DNA from: Eledone cirrhosa | Lineage: Eukaryota | NCBI GenBank assembly: GCA_964016885.1 | Contig: OZ024757.1 | Coordinates: forward strand, 20,212,001-20,276,000 | Direction of reading: 5' to 3' | Length of the DNA: 64,000 nucleotides | Shown: piece after piece, positions 12,983 through 27,329 of the stretch | How the letters are laid out: each line of letters starts with the position of its first letter | Position numbering within the stretch: position 1 is the stretch's first letter | Position numbers and translations under genes: made by a program | Notes under the pieces: model-generated | Database searches by the model: none | What the model was told of the DNA's origin: nothing | Seen by the model: only the letters and a program-made list of their open reading frames with translations

Positions 12983-13180
12983 ATAGGAACAAGTAAGACC
13001 CCGACGGCTGAGCTCAAGCCGTTTCGACGGCTAATTCTGTGTATTCAGAATTAGCCGTCGAAACGGCTTGAGCTCAGCCGTCGGGGTCTTACTTGTTCCT
13101 ATTACCCACTCTACTACCCTAAGTATTGAGTACTTTGATGCGTTATGGTCCACCTGGTTCCTTACCACATTTCCTTCGTT
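12983..13180 (+). mobile_element. Palindromic mini-element containing a hammerhead 3' half
   Basis: Perfect inverted repeat 12983-13102 followed by a unique tail, in (TA)n. Relatives at 58307-58508 and 1437-1537. Confidence 0.75.
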
Positions 13181-14042
13181 ATAATATAATATATATATAT
13201 AACATAAAATATATATATTATATGTATTATATTATATCATATAATGTTATATTATACATATATAATATAATATATAAATAAATGGTTATGTTGGAGACAT
13301 GACAAAAAGCACCCAGTCCTCATTGTACATGGGTCGTGTTAGGAAGGGCATCCAACCGTAGAAAAACTGCCAGAAACAGTTCTGTACAACCAAGACATGG
13401 TCACCTGACCAATCTTGCTCCTCAAGTGGGAGAAAACCGTCCAACCCATGCTAGCGTGGATGATGGACATTAAACGATGATGATGATATATATACACACA
13501 CCTCTATGTATTTATATATAAATATGTGTATACATACATATATATACACGCGCACAGATATATATATATATAATTGTTTCTACTTTTTGACACAAGGCCA
13601 GCAATTATCCCAGTACGTTACTGGTACTTTATTTTATCGACTCCGTAAGGATGAAAGGCAAAGTTAACTTCGGCGGGATTTGAACTCAGATCATACAGGG
13701 AGGTAACTCTATACTTCAAATATATATATTACACACATGCACATATATATATATATATAAATATATATATTACACACATGCACATATATATATATATATA
13801 TAACATATTACACACATATACATATACTTCGTTTTTGACCCTCCAGAAGTATAACATTATTATATATATAACATACATATATATATATATATACTATATT
13901 TGCCACCAGGTGGAGCTATTAAGTTAGACAAAGCCTGGGCCAATACTGGCTGAAACCTATCAAAGTTATAATATCTATATTATATAATTGGAAAAATAAT
14001 ATTTTGCTTTGCCAGTTTGCAATTCAAATATACTTCCCTATC

Positions 14043-14082
<40 letters not shown>

Positions 14083-14524
14083 AGAAGCAAAGAAAATGTC
14101 AATGATATAAAAGATTTCCTGGTGGAAGTTCAGGTGTACTCCGGGGTGGGATCCAGTTTCAGGGTGAAAATCCAATTAGTATCTGTGGTGCTGAGACCAG
14201 GAAAACCACAAATCAGGAGAGTACCCATGAAAAGGTTTGCTGAATATAAGCCAAAACCATTATATATTTATATATATTTGTTTGTGTGTGTGTGTGTGTG
14301 AGTTTGTGAGTTTGTGTGTATAATTAAGCGACGTAGCAAGTCGAATAGAACGAACATAGCTTCGGTCGTTTGCTCACCCACACATCAATCAAGTTCGTAT
14401 TATTAAAAAAATTTGAACTCAACTGGCCAGAGCATACACTTTTGTTAATCAGTGAGGAAGACAACTTCATGTAAGATGTTAGATATATATGCATATACAT
14501 ACACACATGCAATATATACACTGG

Positions 14525-14530
14525 TTTATT
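14525..14530 (-). terminator. Candidate polyadenylation signal AATAAA for the minus-strand gene
   Basis: tttatt on + at the edge of an AU-rich unique block (about 14500-14830) that looks like a 3' UTR. Weak evidence in AT-rich DNA. Confidence 0.25.
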
Positions 14531-15589
14531 GAAAAACATTTTTTACTGACAGAGTCCATTTTTTTTTTTTTTTGTGGTGGGAGGTGGTGATGGTAGTTGT
14601 GGGGGAGGAATTTCCATTAACCCATAGCTTTCCCATCAAAGCCTTCAGAAATATTTGTTCACGTATGAATCACATTTATACACAATACAATATTTACACA
14701 TATATTTTGTTTATATACACACACTCACACATATAATAAGTTAAATAATTTTAAAACCAACTATCATATTTCCATTTACAGAAAACAAAATAATTAATTA
14801 TATACTGTACAGTAATAGACTGTCAAAAACTCATTACAGTCTTCTGGTTAATATATGAATTAGTGTTTTAATATCTTAGGGCTGATATTATAATTTGGAT
14901 CATTCAATCAAGTTTAAAAAATGAATTGTTTATCATTTAAATTGTGACAGGAAGACTAAATATTGTGTATTTAGGGTTTTAATATTGTAATCTTAAAAGT
15001 CTAAAGTCTTTCTCACGGCCATCAGGCTGGTGCTTATCCTGGTTACCGGTCCATCGCAAGGTTAAAGTCTGTTGCAATCCCAGAGGCTTATCAGATCAGA
15101 GCATATCCCGGTTTCAGTGATGTTAAGTGACTGAGAGTATAAGACTTCCCCTGGACAGAACACCAGTCCATTGCAGGGTTAAACCTCCAGCTGTTGTTGG
15201 TACTCATTTTCAGCTGAGAAAACTGGAGCAATGTGAAATAAAGTGTTTTGCTCTAGAACACAACACACAACCCAGCCCAGGTATCTAACCCACAACAATT
15301 ATATTGTAAGTCCAACACCCTTACCACCAGGCCATGCTCTAATATAATTTTGATCATTCTATCAATTGTTTATCATCTAAATTAAAACTAACAAAGGATT
15401 AAAAGTAATTTTTCAGTTTTTCATTCAATTGTCACTACTGAAATAACAATCTGGAAGTCATGTCAGGTCTTCCCGTCTGCTGCTATGATGGCTAAAACGT
15501 GAATACGAACACTAATCGAAAATATGATATTAATTATATTTGCAAAAATAAGGGGTGTACAAAATGTGTGTTAGAAACCTTGTTTTTAT

Positions 15590-16090
15590 CATATAGATCC
15601 TTGATTAAGTATACTAGAACATGTTCCTTCCCTGATGGTTCAACACCACTAAACTTTGCGAACCTTTGCGAACTTTTGCTTCTTCTTCACTCTTTGAGGG
15701 CAGAGTCCTCAAACACTCCTTCTAGAGGGTCCTGTCAGAAGCAACTGACTCCAACTGATTTGGCTGTCAATGGATGTTATCCAACTATCTTGCATGGGGT
15801 CTACTCCTGGGTCACCAGCCTGTTGGTTTTGCCCGGAAAAACTGTCCAGCGACCTCTTTCCTGAGACATTCTAACCCCATGCCATAGTATTGCAGTTGTG
15901 ATTTCTCGATTTGGAGACATATTGGCGCTAGCTGAATCTCTGATCTTTAAGCTATGCACTCTATCGAGTAACATTACTCCAAAGACCCTTCAGAGGAACC
16001 CAGTTTTGTCCGCTTGTATTTGCAATCGTATTCTTTCGGTTATTACCCAAGATTCATGATCATCGGTAAGGGTTGTCACGAATACAGAAT
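15590..16090 (-). mobile_element. Decayed RTE (Expander/Rex3-like) LINE 3' region
   Basis: Reverse complement encodes an IEKSQLQYYG..RMSQER-like segment; homologous to the 97-bp array unit. Confidence 0.6.
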
Positions 16091-16701
16091 TCAAATACCA
16101 CTGCACTGATCCTTCCCAAATGGTTAAATATTCCAACTTCTTTGCTATCATTACTTTTAACATTTAATGTCCAATTTCCATTGGTGTGCCCACTATTTTC
16201 AATACTTCACACAATCCTTCAAGCAAACTACACGATGCTCTTATAACAATTGCTACTGATACACAAGAAAGGTTTTTATTAACAAATGCCCTAACATGAC
16301 CCCATATTTGTTTAATATGAATTATGTATACCCCCAACATTTGCGTCAGTTTTAGCCACACAGTTTACAACAGTCGAAAAGCACCAGCCATGAACATTCC
16401 TGTATAAAATAATTGTTTCTACTTTTGGCACAAGGCCAGCAATTACCCAGTGCATTACTGGTACTTTATTTTATCGACCCCGTAAGGATGAAAGGCAAAG
16501 TTAACCTCGGCGGGATTCGAACTCAGAATGGCAAGGGCCGTAACTCTATGCTTCAAAGCATGGTGTCCAACCCTCTACTGATACTGCCAATCCACCGCCT
16601 TGTATAAAATAATAAAACATATTTAATAATGAAAGATCACCATCATATTAGATAATGATCTTAAATTTTATAATAAATATATGTATGTGAGTGTGTGTAT
16701 G

Positions 16702-16759
<58 letters not shown>

Positions 16760-16860
16760 TCAGTGTTACAACACCAAACCAAGTACGTATGTTTCGTTGA
16801 TCATATGACGACCAACTTGTTCCTCCATATATACATCTGTACTTACATATCCATTTATAC

Positions 16861-16893
<33 letters not shown>

Positions 16894-17175
16894 TATATAT
16901 ATACACACAGACACACACTTATATACATACACAGATTCATATATATATATATATAAGTATGTACACGTACATACATATATGTATACAGACGTACAATAGT
17001 ATGTATATATATATACATACATGCACACATATATATATATATGTGTGTGCATGTATGTATATATATATACATACTACTGTACGTCTGTATACATATATGT
17101 ATGTACGTGTACATACTTATATTTAAGTAACAGCCGTACTAAGAGTGGGAAATGAAATTTCGTTTCATTTTTTCC

Positions 17176-17230
<55 letters not shown>

Positions 17231-17715
17231 AATGCCGTTGATGTCTTAGCTAAAATTCAGTAGGAGAAATGTTTGTTTAGATGGAAAATGAGGGTGGGAA
17301 ATGGATTGCATTCTATAAATCATACAAAGAGAAAATTACAATTTCAGAATAAATATTAACCAGAATAAAGATTATAAAGTTCTAGAGAAACATTTAAAAT
17401 TGTCACTATGCAATGCATGTACATGCGTAAACTGTTCAACTGTTAAGTTTCTCTTAAATGTCTCTTTTCCTCTTTCTATCATCTTATTTGAGTCATGTTG
17501 TTTCTTTATCTAATAAAGAATTAATTAATTAATTGTTCCAAATTGTTCAAGATACCTTTCCAGCTTCATTTCTTTGAAGATCAACATAAATATATTTCTG
17601 TTTTGTCTCATATTTTTTCATGAAGAGTGTATCCGATAAGTATTGTATTAAATTTTAATTACAATATTTTTTTTTGTGTGTGTATTTTTTAAATAATTTA
17701 TTACTCTTCTCAAAT

Positions 17716-17787
<72 letters not shown>

Positions 17788-17812
17788 TACATACATACAT
17801 ACATATGCATAT

Positions 17813-17853
<41 letters not shown>

Positions 17854-19124
17854 AAAATTGTTTTCATTTTTTTGTTGTACACCCAGAGTTGAATATGCGT
17901 GCGTGTGTGTGTGTGTCAAATGTTATTGTCATGTCAATTAATTAAATTTTGTTGATTTTTAAATAAAACACAAACAATCGTGTAAATCAGCAACAATGCT
18001 GAATGTATTTTTGGTGTTGTTTCTTTTCCTTTTTTACAATGTTTTTTTTTTAAATGAAGATAAAATCCACTGAATCAGTTTTTATTTTGCATCTGGGGAT
18101 AAACATTTCTGTATGACAGATGATGGAGTGGTTCCAGATTTCCATTTTCACTGGCTTCTTCAATTATAAGTAGATAGTAGTATAAATCTTTCACTTTCAA
18201 CTACACACACACACACACACACATATAGCAAACTCTAAGAATTTTTTTTTCCCATTTCTTCCTCTTCTCATTCTATCTTCTGATTAAAGACTAATGTTTG
18301 AAATGTTAACATTCTTTTCCTACTATATCAAACCATGAACTAACATCTATCTTCATTTTATTGTATCATTTGTTGTGTTGTTTTCTATTTACTATTCGCA
18401 TACATATATATATATACGAACATTTGGATTTACAAACACGAGGAAAAAGGGATCAATACCAAAGTAGAGATTCTTATATATATATTTATTATAGTACTGG
18501 GATTTCTCACTGTGAGTTTTGTAGAATTTTCATCAGCAGCAATCAATGAAACTCAGAGTAGCAACAGAGAAATTCCAGTAATATATATATTATTAAATTC
18601 CATACTATAATGGAGACATAACACAGAGAAACACGACATGTGTTTTGTTGAAAGAACTCAACTTATTCAACTATATATATATATATATATATATATCTCT
18701 GTCAGCATTGAAATAATAAATAATCGTCAATAAAGGTGGATGCAGAAGTAAAATGCTGAGTTTAATATAATTTCCTCTTCCTAGTAGAAGTTGCAGTTAA
18801 AGTAACTAACTGTCGTATCATTATAAACACTGCAAACTGTCTCCCTGTAGGATTATCATCTGTAGGCTGGCTGATTTGAAATATAATTGTTTCTATTTTA
18901 AGCACAAGGCCAGCAATTACCCAGAGTGCATTACTGGTACTTTATTTTATCGACCCCGTAAGGGTGAAAGGCAAAGTCAACCTCGGCGGGATTTGAACTC
19001 AGATCGTAAAGGGACGTAACTATGCTGCAAAGCATGGTGTCCGACCCTCTACCAATACTGCCAATCCACCAATGATTTGAAATATAATTTTCTTTCATCG
19101 GAGTTTAGTGAAATATCCCTAAAT

Positions 19125-19665
19125 TTCATGATGGTGAAATACCACTGAACTTTGTGGTAATTCCCAGATAAGCTCTGAATTTCATGATTATCAATACATT
19201 GTTAAATATTGATGGTTAAAACGTTTGTGATCCTTCCCAGATGGTGAAATACCACTAAACTTTTGTCGTCATCACAGAATGGTGAAATACCACTAGATGT
19301 CTGTGATCCTTGCCAGATGGTGAAATACCACTAAACTTTTGTGGCCATCACTGAATGGGGAAATACCACTAGATGTCTGTGATCCTTCCCAGATGGTGAA
19401 ATACCACTAAACTTTTGTGGTCATCACCAAATGGTGAAATACCACTGTATTTCATGATCACCAATAGACTGCTAATTACTGATGGTTATTGATAAATATC
19501 AATGGTTAACTATTGATAGTTAAATATCACTGAACTTTGTGACCCTTCTGAGATGGTAAAAATACCACTAAATTTTGTGGTATCGCTAAATATCACTAAA
19601 TTTTGTGATTTGTCCAAAATGGCTAAAAATCAATAGTTAAATACCTATAAATACCTCTGAATTTT
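19125..19665. repeat. Degenerate minisatellite (gatggtgaaataccact core)
   Basis: More than 10 diverged units. Confidence 0.75.
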
Positions 19666-20256
19666 GCGATGCTTCCAAAATGAAATAAATCAGTTAACCA
19701 CTCCATCATATTCATCAAAGAAATGGGTACTTCTTCTGCAACGAATATTTTATACACACACAGAAAAATCATTCTTTTTGTTTTCGCGCTTCATTGACTT
19801 GACTTCAGTTTTAGATGCATATTCTTGGCAGGAGCCTCATCAGAAGATCCAATAGTTGAATAGTTTTGCATATTATGTTATGCCAGAGCAACACAAACAA
19901 ACAACTTGTCTTTCATTGTTTTGTTTCATTCTTTTGTTTGTTATTTTTTGGGGTTTTGTTTTTTCTTGAAAATTAGATTCTTTTTTTTTAAACCTCTTCT
20001 GGGTCAGTTTTATAGCTTCAGCATTGCATATTTTTTTCAGAGTGAACAAGAATATATATAGACACAAAACGTACACATATATACACACACACACATATAT
20101 ATATATTCATATATATGGATATGTATGTGTATATATATATATATATATAATAATATTAAATGTGAAGACTAAAATCCAAAGAGGGCTCGATAAGAATAAA
20201 TATATATCAAATATATAAGAACCGTAGAGCAAACATTTATTAAAATAACAGATTAA

Positions 20257-20370
20257 AGTTTAAGCAAAGAATCACTGCTTTCACCCTTAACAGGATCTTC
20301 TAAAACTAAAAAAGTTTTTAGTTTCGGAAGATCCCATTAATGGTGAAAGCAGCGTTTCTTTGCTTAAACT
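20257..20370. ncRNA. Divergent pair of hammerhead-like motifs with altered core position 4
   Basis: Plus copy 20320-20370: AGTTT-CGGAAGA-TCCCATTAATGGT-GAAA-GCA...TGC-TT-AAACT. Minus copy 20257-20307 has TAGAAGA; a third copy at 12893-12943 (-) has CAGAAGA. Confidence 0.6.
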
Positions 20371-20390
20371 TTAATCTGTTATTTTAATAA

Positions 20391-20423
<33 letters not shown>

Positions 20424-21069
20424 CACAAACACATATATGTGTGTATTTATATATATATCTGTATATATACATATATATAAATACACACATATGTGTTTGT
20501 ATATGTATATATACATATATACATATATATACACACACATATATATATACATATATATGTGTATATATATATATATATATATACAAGTATATATATATAT
20601 ACACACACATATATATACATATATATATATGTGTGTATATATATATATATACACATTTATATGTATGTATATATATATATATGTAGATTTATATTTACGC
20701 TGACACATATGCGTGTATGTGCATATGCATGCATTTATATGTAAATAAATATAAACGTGCAAACGCAAACACACACAAATACACAGTCAGACATACATTC
20801 ACACAAACACACACTCAATGTAGCAAATGAAACGCCAGCCGCTATTTTGCTATAGTTTTTTTCACCCTCCCCCCTGCCTTCCTTTTACACACACACACAC
20901 ACACACTCATTCACGCAGGCAGCAGATGTAAAGAGAGAGGAGTCGTATGAGGTAGTAAAACTTCTCCTTTCCCTTTACGTGGTGTCACAGAATCGCAGAG
21001 ATGTATGTATGTATATATATACATACACACATACATATATATATATATGTATGTATGTATGTATGTATA

Positions 21070-21152
<83 letters not shown>

Positions 21153-21169
21153 ATATATATATATGTGTG

Positions 21170-21202
<33 letters not shown>

Positions 21203-21509
21203 CAATATGTATATATTCAGTAAAGTTTTCATAATATTGGTTCAACTGGAATATTCCTGAATACTGCTACTGTATTTGTCTTGGTTTGTTGTATCAGTTT
21301 CATTGTTTAACAGCTCAGGAATCTTTGATGAAGTCGGACTCGTATTTTGTTGAATCTTCGTTAATTTCTTTACCTAAAAATACAAATTTAAAAAAAAATA
21401 AGATAGAAAAAATAAAATATTTCGTTTTTGTATTTGTCTTGAAAGATTTTCTTTTAAATCTGAAAATGAGTGTTGAAACAGATATTTTTATACATTTGGA
21501 GGGTCATGT

Positions 21510-21782
21510 TGTCAATAAAAAACACAGTTCCCATGACTTTCGGAAACATTTTTTCACGCTCAGAGTTGCTGAAGCATGGAACAAACTACCTGCATCAGTT
21601 GTTAGCTGTCGAGACACTGCATCCTTTAAGGCCTCCATGCTTCCCGAGATCCGCCAACACTACAGCTAACACATACAAACATGTACTTCCCTGACATTTG
21701 TGTATTATTCTATGTACTATATTGACGAGTTGTAGTGCACCTGAGCACTTTACACAATAATTTCATTATTATTATTATTATT
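21510..21782 (+). mobile_element. CR1/L2-group LINE 3' end
   Basis: HDFRKHFFTLRVAEAWNKLPASVV....SFK, followed by a (TTA)n tail. Confidence 0.75.
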
Positions 21783-21786
21783 TATG

Positions 21787-22148
21787 TACCTCTTGGGTTT
21801 CATTCAATTTATTATTATAATTTTCCAGTCGGTTAGTTTAATAACTGGATGGTTGTTTAGTTGTTGATTGTCAAAGCTCTTTCATCACACATTCTGTGAC
21901 CTCCTCGGTGACTACTTTTGCTAATTAGAGTCTCTCTTTTCTTTTGTTTTACACCATCTTCTCACAGAAACAATGTGCACCTGTTGGGTTTCAAGAGAGA
22001 CACAAAACAACAATACACGTAGTCACTGATGAGGTCAGAGAATGTGTGATGAAAGAGCTTTGACAATCAACAACTAAACAACTATTTGGTTATTAGACTA
22101 ATTGACTGGGAAATTATAATAATAAATTGAAGTGAAACCTAACAGGTG
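21787..22148. mobile_element. Fold-back PLE-like mini-element with a hammerhead in each arm
   Basis: About 130-bp diverged inverted arms carrying divergent HHR copies. Confidence 0.7.
22022..22064 (+). ncRNA. Minimal type I hammerhead ribozyme
   Basis: GTCA-CTGATGA-G-GTCAGA...TGTGAT-GAAA-GAGC-TT-TGAC. An inverted copy at 21870-21912 (-) has core CCGAGGA. Confidence 0.8.
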
Positions 22149-22273
22149 CAAGCCCTCGGCCACATATAAAATCTACAATCTTAGATAGCTTACCTCTGAT
22201 CCCACTCTATTTTTTTATGTACCCATAGTTTGCATTTGGGACATAGAATGGAGTTTCTGCCTACTCCTTTCTT

Positions 22274-22308
<35 letters not shown>

Positions 22309-22416
22309 CATACATACATATATCCATCCATACATGTATATATATATATATACATACATATATATATATGTATGTATACATACATATATATATATATATA
22401 CATACATATCTATATA

Positions 22417-22456
22417 CGTCATGAGGAAGGCCAGACAAACCTGAAATGCATAGATG
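22417..22456 (+). ncRNA. Minimal hammerhead motif with C3 mutated
   Basis: CGTC-ATGAGGA-AGG...CCT-GAAA-TGCA-TA-GATG. Palindromic stem III ATGCAT. Confidence 0.6.
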
Positions 22457-23476
22457 GTTGTCCCCCTTGCTTCTGCTGGTCACCACCAGAGGGCGTTAGC
22501 ACCTGTGTTTGCATAGCTATGGCTTCCTAAAACCGTGTTTCTTTAGAAATACGAAATTTCTATACATATTTGTATAAAGCTATGCTTGAAGTGAAATACA
22601 ATTTCTCTATATATGTATATGTATATTTTTATGTATATATATATATATATATATCTGTGTGTGTATGGGAATGTGTGTGTGTGTGTATTGTTCTCAAAAT
22701 AAATACTTTCAAAATCGCATAGATTCGATACTATGTGAGATAATTATGTGAGGTAAAGCCTTTACCATGAAAATATAATATTATATATAGAGTAATGTGA
22801 ATGGTAAAGGGTTAAAGGTCCATCAAACAGCTAGAGGTTTACAGACACGCTAGATTAAGCCCTCAACATGGAGCATAAGAAACAAGAGATGTATGACATA
22901 GAGGGCAACTGGAAACTCCTGTGAGACAACCTATAGGTTACAGATGAGACTTGTAGCTGAAGCAAAGTACCAGCCAGAAGGAAGGTGATACGCTGTGGAA
23001 CAGTATGGTAGATAGAGCCATAAGACCTAAAAGGCAGGGGTCAGCAGGGCACAATGTAGCTAGAATAGAGGTTAGCAAGAGGAAAAGCAGAATGTAAGAA
23101 GTTTGTCAATGTTTTGTGGCATGAGGGTTAGAACAGTGAAGTGTTCAAGATTGCAAGACAGTGTACAAAAGAGATTCAAGATGTCATGGGAGAGATGTGT
23201 GTATGGAATGAAAGTGTTTCACCTTTCATTATTGATATTGAGAAGAAAAATGTGCTACAAAGAGAAGTTGTTGAATGAGGAGAATGTTTGGACAAGTGAG
23301 GATCTACCAAAAGTTGACCCAACGTGGTAGATTGTGCGATCTATATCTATAGAAGTTAACTGGTCAGAAAAGTCACATTATAGTTAGTGTTAGCAATATA
23401 AAAAAAAAATCTAATTATAAATATTTATGCAGTGACTAACACTGTTTTATTCATATTCACAAGAATGGGATTCAAC

Positions 23477-23516
23477 TCTGGACATGTTTCAGTTATATCA
23501 GACCTCATCAGTCAAA
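23477..23516 (-). ncRNA. Minimal hammerhead motif
   Basis: Reverse complement reads CTGATGA-GGT...ACT-GAAA-CATG-TC. Palindromic ACATGT, GUC site, imperfect stem I. Confidence 0.55.
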
Positions 23517-24187
23517 TATACCGAAGTATTGATGAAAGTAGAATATATACAATATTGTACATAACAAGGCATGAAAAACAACAACAGCAATAACTGGGGT
23601 TAATTACTCAGAGACAGCATCTGCATGAAAAAGAATAATTAAATTAGATTAAAATTGGATTTTTTTTTTTACAATCTCTCTAGTGTTAGTGCTTTACATG
23701 ATAAATTCACCCAGTAGATTCTGTAAAGTGGTTAGTGATAGGATAAGCATCCAACCATAGAAAACTTGCCAAACAAAGGGTTGAGAGGACGCTTCAGCTA
23801 TGCCGAAGAAGACACAACAACTTCCCTAAAATGTTGGGGATTTATGCAATAAACCATGATAAATGCACCTAGCATGCTCTGGTTGGTGATAGGATAGGAA
23901 AAGCATCCAACTATATAAAACATTCAAGCAGATGATTAGGAAGACTCTTCAGCTGTGCTAAAGACATGACAACTAGTATTGGTGCCACAATAAAATGCAA
24001 TCAGTAGAGTGCTGGGTCATATGTAAGGCCACCCAGAGGTCAGAAGCTCTGCTTGAGTACTTATTGGTCTGTGATGACGTGTTCAACCCTTGCAGAGAAA
24101 AACAGATGCTGATGCTGATTATGATTATGAAGATGAAGAAGATGATGATAATGATAATGATGATGAAGAAAAAGGTGAAGATGATAG

Positions 24188-24218
<31 letters not shown>

Positions 24219-26104
24219 ATTAATACCTGTTTTAATAATAAGTTGTTGCTAGGAGACAATTTTTATCATCTGAACCTGTGAAACAATTACTACCTCATGG
24301 TGGGGTGGAGGTGAAATGAGACGGGGCAGGAGATGTTAATGACAGACATATAAATATACAGATATAACTTTATCATACACTTTGGCTGAATTATATGCAA
24401 ATTAGTACGTCCAATTCAGAATAATACTAAGATCGAATGAGTATGTACACCCATCAAATACACGTTTCTTTGTAAGTTGATTGAATGATATACATACTAA
24501 TTACCTGTCCAATTAGATCCTAAAATTGATTAAAGGTGTTAATCATTTTTTCAAAATTATTTGATGTGTCTGAATAAATGAAGCAATTTAAGTAAAAATC
24601 AGTTTTAAAATAATAGAGTGCTCAGAAAGCAGGTACAATGTGGATAGAAATATAAAGATGATACTGGGATAAAAGGATGGCAAAACAAAATGATGGTTTT
24701 AGCCAATATATTTCATCCTGATCATCGCTTTTGCATCCGTTTTCCCCCGTTTGCATGGGTTGGACAGATCCTTTTCAGCTGCATTCCTTCATTATTGCCT
24801 CCATGAGCCTCAGTGATATGAGGTCAGCTCTCACCACCTCTGCCCAAGTCTTTCTTGGTTTATCTCTACAGCAGCTTCCTTTCACTGGAATTTCCTGGCA
24901 TTTCTTCACACCCAGCAATCATCATCCATGCACAATGCTTCAGATTCCTCTGAGTTCATTCAAGCTCTGCCTTTCTCTCACATTTACATTGCACACCCAA
25001 CGAAGCACGGTGGCTTCATTTCTCTCCAATCTCCGCATGTCCTCTGCAGTCACAGCCCATGTTTCACTATCATATGATATTTCATCTTTATATTTCTATC
25101 TGCACTGTACCAGCTTTCTAATACATATCTTACAATGCTTCACATAAACCATGCCATTTTTTATTCTGTGTTTTAAAATCATTTGATTAAAAATTGAGGG
25201 GAGAGGTTAATTAGTTAGTCATGCTAGTTATAATAGGAAAATAAGACTTAAGTTAGTGTAAAAAAACTATAATTAGTCTCTTTACTTTCCTTACAAGAGA
25301 CAATATTAGGAAATTAGAGGCAAAGCAAAAAGATCTTCAAAAAATAGTTCATTATAATTAGCAGAACCCCACCCACTCCAATCCCCCCAAAAATTCTAAT
25401 AATTTCACTGCCTATGAGTATTAATTAATTTTTTAACTAATCTTTGGAGTTTAATAAAAGTCAATACTGAAGCAGGGCTACTGAACTTTCAGACAGGCCA
25501 GGCGGTCTGCATCTCGCTTACGTAAGGTCTCAAGTTTTGCTAAGTGCACAGGAGAGATTGTCATGTCTTTGACGCAACTGAAGTGTCTTCCTCCCAACTC
25601 TTTATTTTACAAGCTTGCTACAGCTGGATACCCTTCCTAACACCAACCACTTTACAGTGTGTACTTGGTGCGTTTATCGCAATAGGGAGGTTGACATGTC
25701 CTAGATCCAGCTGAATGGTCCTCATAACACTTTCTTTGGCAAGCTTTCTTAAATAAAATTACGATGGAAGGATTTGATATAAGTATAAACATTTAAACAT
25801 TTTTAAACAAATAGTTTTGTATCATAAAACCAGTCTGGCTTCAGCTGATTTGCTATCTAAAAGGATTAACGAGATGAAGTGGAAGAATCATTAAATAAAG
25901 CTATAATTAGAATAGAGGTGGTTAAACATGAGATGGCAGAAAAGAGAGGAGTGATATAAATATGTGGAAATAAGAACATAAACTGTTTGCTTGAGGAAGA
26001 ATATGTAAGAGTAAATGTGAGAGAGATTTGGGGAGAGTGAGAAAGGGAGAGAGATATTTGGGGAGACAGGGATAAAAGGGGGAAGGGGAATGATTAAAAC
26101 TTAC

Positions 26105-26201
26105 ATGATTTCATGGATAAGGGGGGATGTCAGCAAATATTTATGTTCGACTTCAGACATTGGTTTGGACCTGTCTTCCAGCTTAGATATTGATTTGTTT
26201 C
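26105..26201 (-). CDS. Possible downstream navigator exon ((G)NKSISKLEDRSKPMSEVEHKYLLTSPLIHEI)
   Basis: ctgtctcccaccatgcag acceptor and gtaagt donor in unique sequence. Open in phase 1, which fits the alternative donor at 32277. No recognisable homology. Confidence 0.4.
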
Positions 26202-26290
26202 CTGCATGGTGGGAGACAGCAGAATATGGTTAATACACTAGTAATTATAAACAGTAAATATATATGTACATAAGTGTATGTATGTATATG

Positions 26291-26337
<47 letters not shown>

Positions 26338-26974
26338 TTATGTACATAGATATACAGCTATCAATTAATAATCTTGCATATGCAACATTATTTTAACAAA
26401 AAAAAAAACAAAAAAAAAACAAAAAAAACAGACTGCATTACACTACAAGACATTTTTCCTCTAATGCTGCAAAATTTCACAAGTGGTTCACTGATAAAGA
26501 TACTATAAACATTTGAATTAACAAACCTCACGAAACCACATTAGCAAGACATTCTAGAAAAGTAGAAAACAACACCATGACTACATCACATTAAAGATTA
26601 AATTCTTTACTCTAAGACTGTAAATTTTCACAACAATCAGTCCACTAATAAAGATACTATAAACACTTGAATTAACAAAGCAACACTTGGTTGCATCACA
26701 TTAAATATTGAAGTCTTTTTTCTGATACAGAAAAATTACGCAACAATCCGTTTGCTCTTTTTTTTTTTTAGTTATACAAAAACTTATATCAGATGTTTTA
26801 TTAATAAAAATATTTAAAAAAAATCATAAACAAATCTATTTCAAATAACAACAACAACAGCACTACAGATATTTAAAAACGGGAAATGAAGGGCAAAGGC
26901 TCTGGGGCTACAGAAGACTGGGAGGGGAAAGGGGGAAGGTTCTGGGCCTAGGTTGTGGCGGTGTTGTCTCGTGG

Positions 26975-27260
26975 ACAAGGCTGCAAACGTATTTCCGCAG
27001 ACAATGGCCAGCGACCTCCACTGCAACAGTCACTCATGGGGCTCCTTCCTCAGTTGAGGCTGCTGATGTTCCGATTTTGCGGAGGAGCTCGGCAGTACGG
27101 GGTCCAAGTACACCTGCGGTTTCGACTGTGACCGGACAAGCCCCGGTATTTATTTGTCTCCCTTTCTTCTGCATTGCAGGCCACAGTACCAGGGTTCGTT
27201 GCCGAATCGACTAAGTTTGAGGCAGAGAACATGTTGCAACATGTGACGTCACAGATGAGA
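26975..27260 (-). mobile_element. Diverged CRE-like endonuclease fragment
   Basis: LICDVTCCNMFSASNLVDSATNPG...AEERETNKY resembles the 6782 ORF. Confidence 0.65.
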
Positions 27261-27329
27261 GATCTAATAAAGATACTATAAACATTTGATAGCAAACAGA
27301 TTTTTTAGATTTTCTGTTCAGGAGGTTAA

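Noticed and set aside
19791-19875. Short minus-strand ORF as last navigator exon, or TCTT-CTGATGA-GGC..GCC-AAGA as a hammerhead
   Set aside because: No acceptor or homology for an exon; GAAA and stem III are missing for a ribozyme.
20371-21260. Many YIYI/THTH/CVCV ORFs here and at 680, 7884, 16668, 30840 and 57574
   Set aside because: Translations of (TA)n, (CA)n and (TG)n microsatellites.
23995-24281. Acidic or poly-Met ORFs
   Set aside because: (GAT)n tail of a SINE/RTE-type repeat.
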